Below, one piece after another: positions 51,178 to 52,038 of a stretch of 52,038 bases of DNA. Both the position numbers and the translations under genes were made by a program. Under the pieces are notes generated by a model. The model saw only the letters and a program-made list of their open reading frames with translations. It did not search any database and was not told the origin of the DNA. Within the stretch, counting starts at the first letter, position 1, and every line of letters starts with the position of its first letter. Source of the DNA: Victivallales bacterium (GTDB taxonomy: Bacteria > Verrucomicrobiota > Lentisphaeria > Oligosphaerales > Oligosphaeraceae); assembly GCA_017450525.1 (NCBI GenBank), contig JAFSTJ010000148.1, positions 1 through 52,038 of the forward strand, in the 5' to 3' direction.

Positions 51178-51393
51178 TTTTTATCCACAGATTATCGCAG
51201 ATTACCACAGATTGCGCTTGTTATACATTCATTTCAATTAAGTGCTATATGAGCACAGATCCCACATTTATCTTGCACTAGAAAGCATAAAATGCTTTCT
51301 AGTGCAAGATAAATGATGAATCTATGTCCATTTAGGACATTTAATTGAAATGAAACTAATCTGTGCTAATCTGTGTGAATCTGTGGATAAAAA
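51178..51393. repeat. 216-bp nested palindrome between convergent genes
   Basis: The outer arms are built from three 10-nt CACAGATT-type units (51178..51213 versus 51358..51393). Middle arms are attcatttcaattaa / ttaattgaaatgaa. The centre is a perfect 24-bp-arm palindrome catttatcttgcactagaaagcat aaa atgctttctagtgcaagataaatg (51265..51315). Confidence 0.9.
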
Positions 51394-51405
51394 AGTTTAA
51401 CCTCT

Positions 51406-52038
51406 TCAATTGCCCTGGGGCGCTGGCTTGAAGTCATACACGCATTCTACTGTCGCCTTGAGTACAGGTTTGCCCAGTTTGATGCCAATACGCGTTGGAG
51501 AAATGCGTTTTGGATTCTCAATGGATTCCTTTTCCAGCGTCCATTCAGCACCAGTGACGGCAATGTTGGCTGTCACAATGGACTTCTTGTCATGGAAATC
51601 CACATTTGAATTGGAATTTATCGTGCAATCGGAGTAGGTTATGATTGCATCCTCAAAGGTCTGAGGGCTGCTGAATTCCACGCTGTCTGTTACGATTACC
51701 TTTCGCGCGGCATGGTCAAATGTGAAGCGCCGTGTAAGTGAAACCAGTTCCGCCACATCGTAGCAGGAAGTCATGTCCATAAGAATGGAACTTTTCTCGG
51801 AAGTGAAGGTGCTTTCCTTGATGACGCCTTTCGCACTGGCCCCTTTCAACTGAAGCTTGCCTGCGACAACTGGCACATCATGGCCGTATGAATTGAGGAC
51901 CTTACTTTCATAGCGTTCAGGGCTGAAAGTCCTGCTGGTATATACCTCGCCGCCTGGGTCGCAGATGAATGGCACCTTGTTTGCGACGATTACGTATGAA
52001 CCAACATCATTGTGGTTGTGTGCCTCATTATTGTGCCC
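51406..52038 (-). CDS. Heparinase II/III-family (polysaccharide lyase-like) protein, C-terminal part; N-terminus beyond the window end
   Basis: The frame stays open from 52038 in phase with ORF 51406..51975. Translation reads GHNNNEAHNHNDVGSYVIVANKVPFICDPGGEVYTSRTF ... NSYGHDVPVVAGKLQ, the H-x-H-x-D ... D-x-G ... Y pattern of heparinase II/III C-terminal domains. Confidence 0.75.
   Translation of the reverse strand, partial: GHNNEAHNHNDVGSYVIVANKVPFICDPGGEVYTSRTFSPERYESKVLNSYGHDVPVVAGKLQLKGASAKGVIKESTFTSEKSSILMDMTSCYDVAELVSLTRRFTFDHAARKVIVTDSVEFSSPQTFEDAIITYSDCTINSNSNVDFHDKKSIVTANIAVTGAEWTLEKESIENPKRISPTRIGIKLGKPVLKATVECVYDFKPAPQGN

Overview
Chromosomal segment with 42 protein-coding genes called and one tRNA. 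It reads like a glycan-degrading anaerobe of the PVC group (Lentisphaerota/Kiritimatiellota/Verrucomicrobiota-like). The taxonomy is inference only: it rests on a prepilin-type '[16 protein letters not shown] ... H-x9-DG' protein sitting among secreted CBM/LamG giants and glycoside hydrolases. Housekeeping genes (ispD, ispG, tRNA-Asn, leuA, sufC plus a SufB/D-family gene, an oadGAB-type Na+ decarboxylase, lpxB, coaE, rho) are interleaved with CAZyme-type genes: CE15, GH114-like, GH1, GH130, a six-hairpin GH, a heparinase II/III-like gene and two CBM9-like proteins of 983 and 1296 aa. Also present are an AraC-linked short glycyl-radical enzyme with its activase, a sensor-less sigma-54 activator and an HTH-cupin-acyl-CoA-ligase fusion. 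The most unusual locus is 29.7-32.5 kb on the minus strand: a small wHTH protein, a divergent FtsZ/tubulin-like GTPase and a Hanks Ser/Thr kinase. It is preceded by a 10-bp iteron-like array and runs straight into lpxB. The layout resembles TubR-TubZ-tubC (type III partition) modules, but with an added kinase and no plasmid or phage context. A second accessory patch (20.4-23.1 kb) holds a zeta-toxin-like ATPase with a downstream overlapping mini-ORF and three small membrane/PH-like genes. The intergenic DNA carries short-unit (7-, 8-, 9-, 10-nt) tandem repeat arrays, several arranged as inverted pairs. It also holds a 216-bp nested palindrome, a MITE-like element and several dispersed GC-rich hairpin (REP-like) families. 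No rRNA, CRISPR array, integrase or prophage structural genes were seen. All family assignments come from motifs read by eye, not from database searches.
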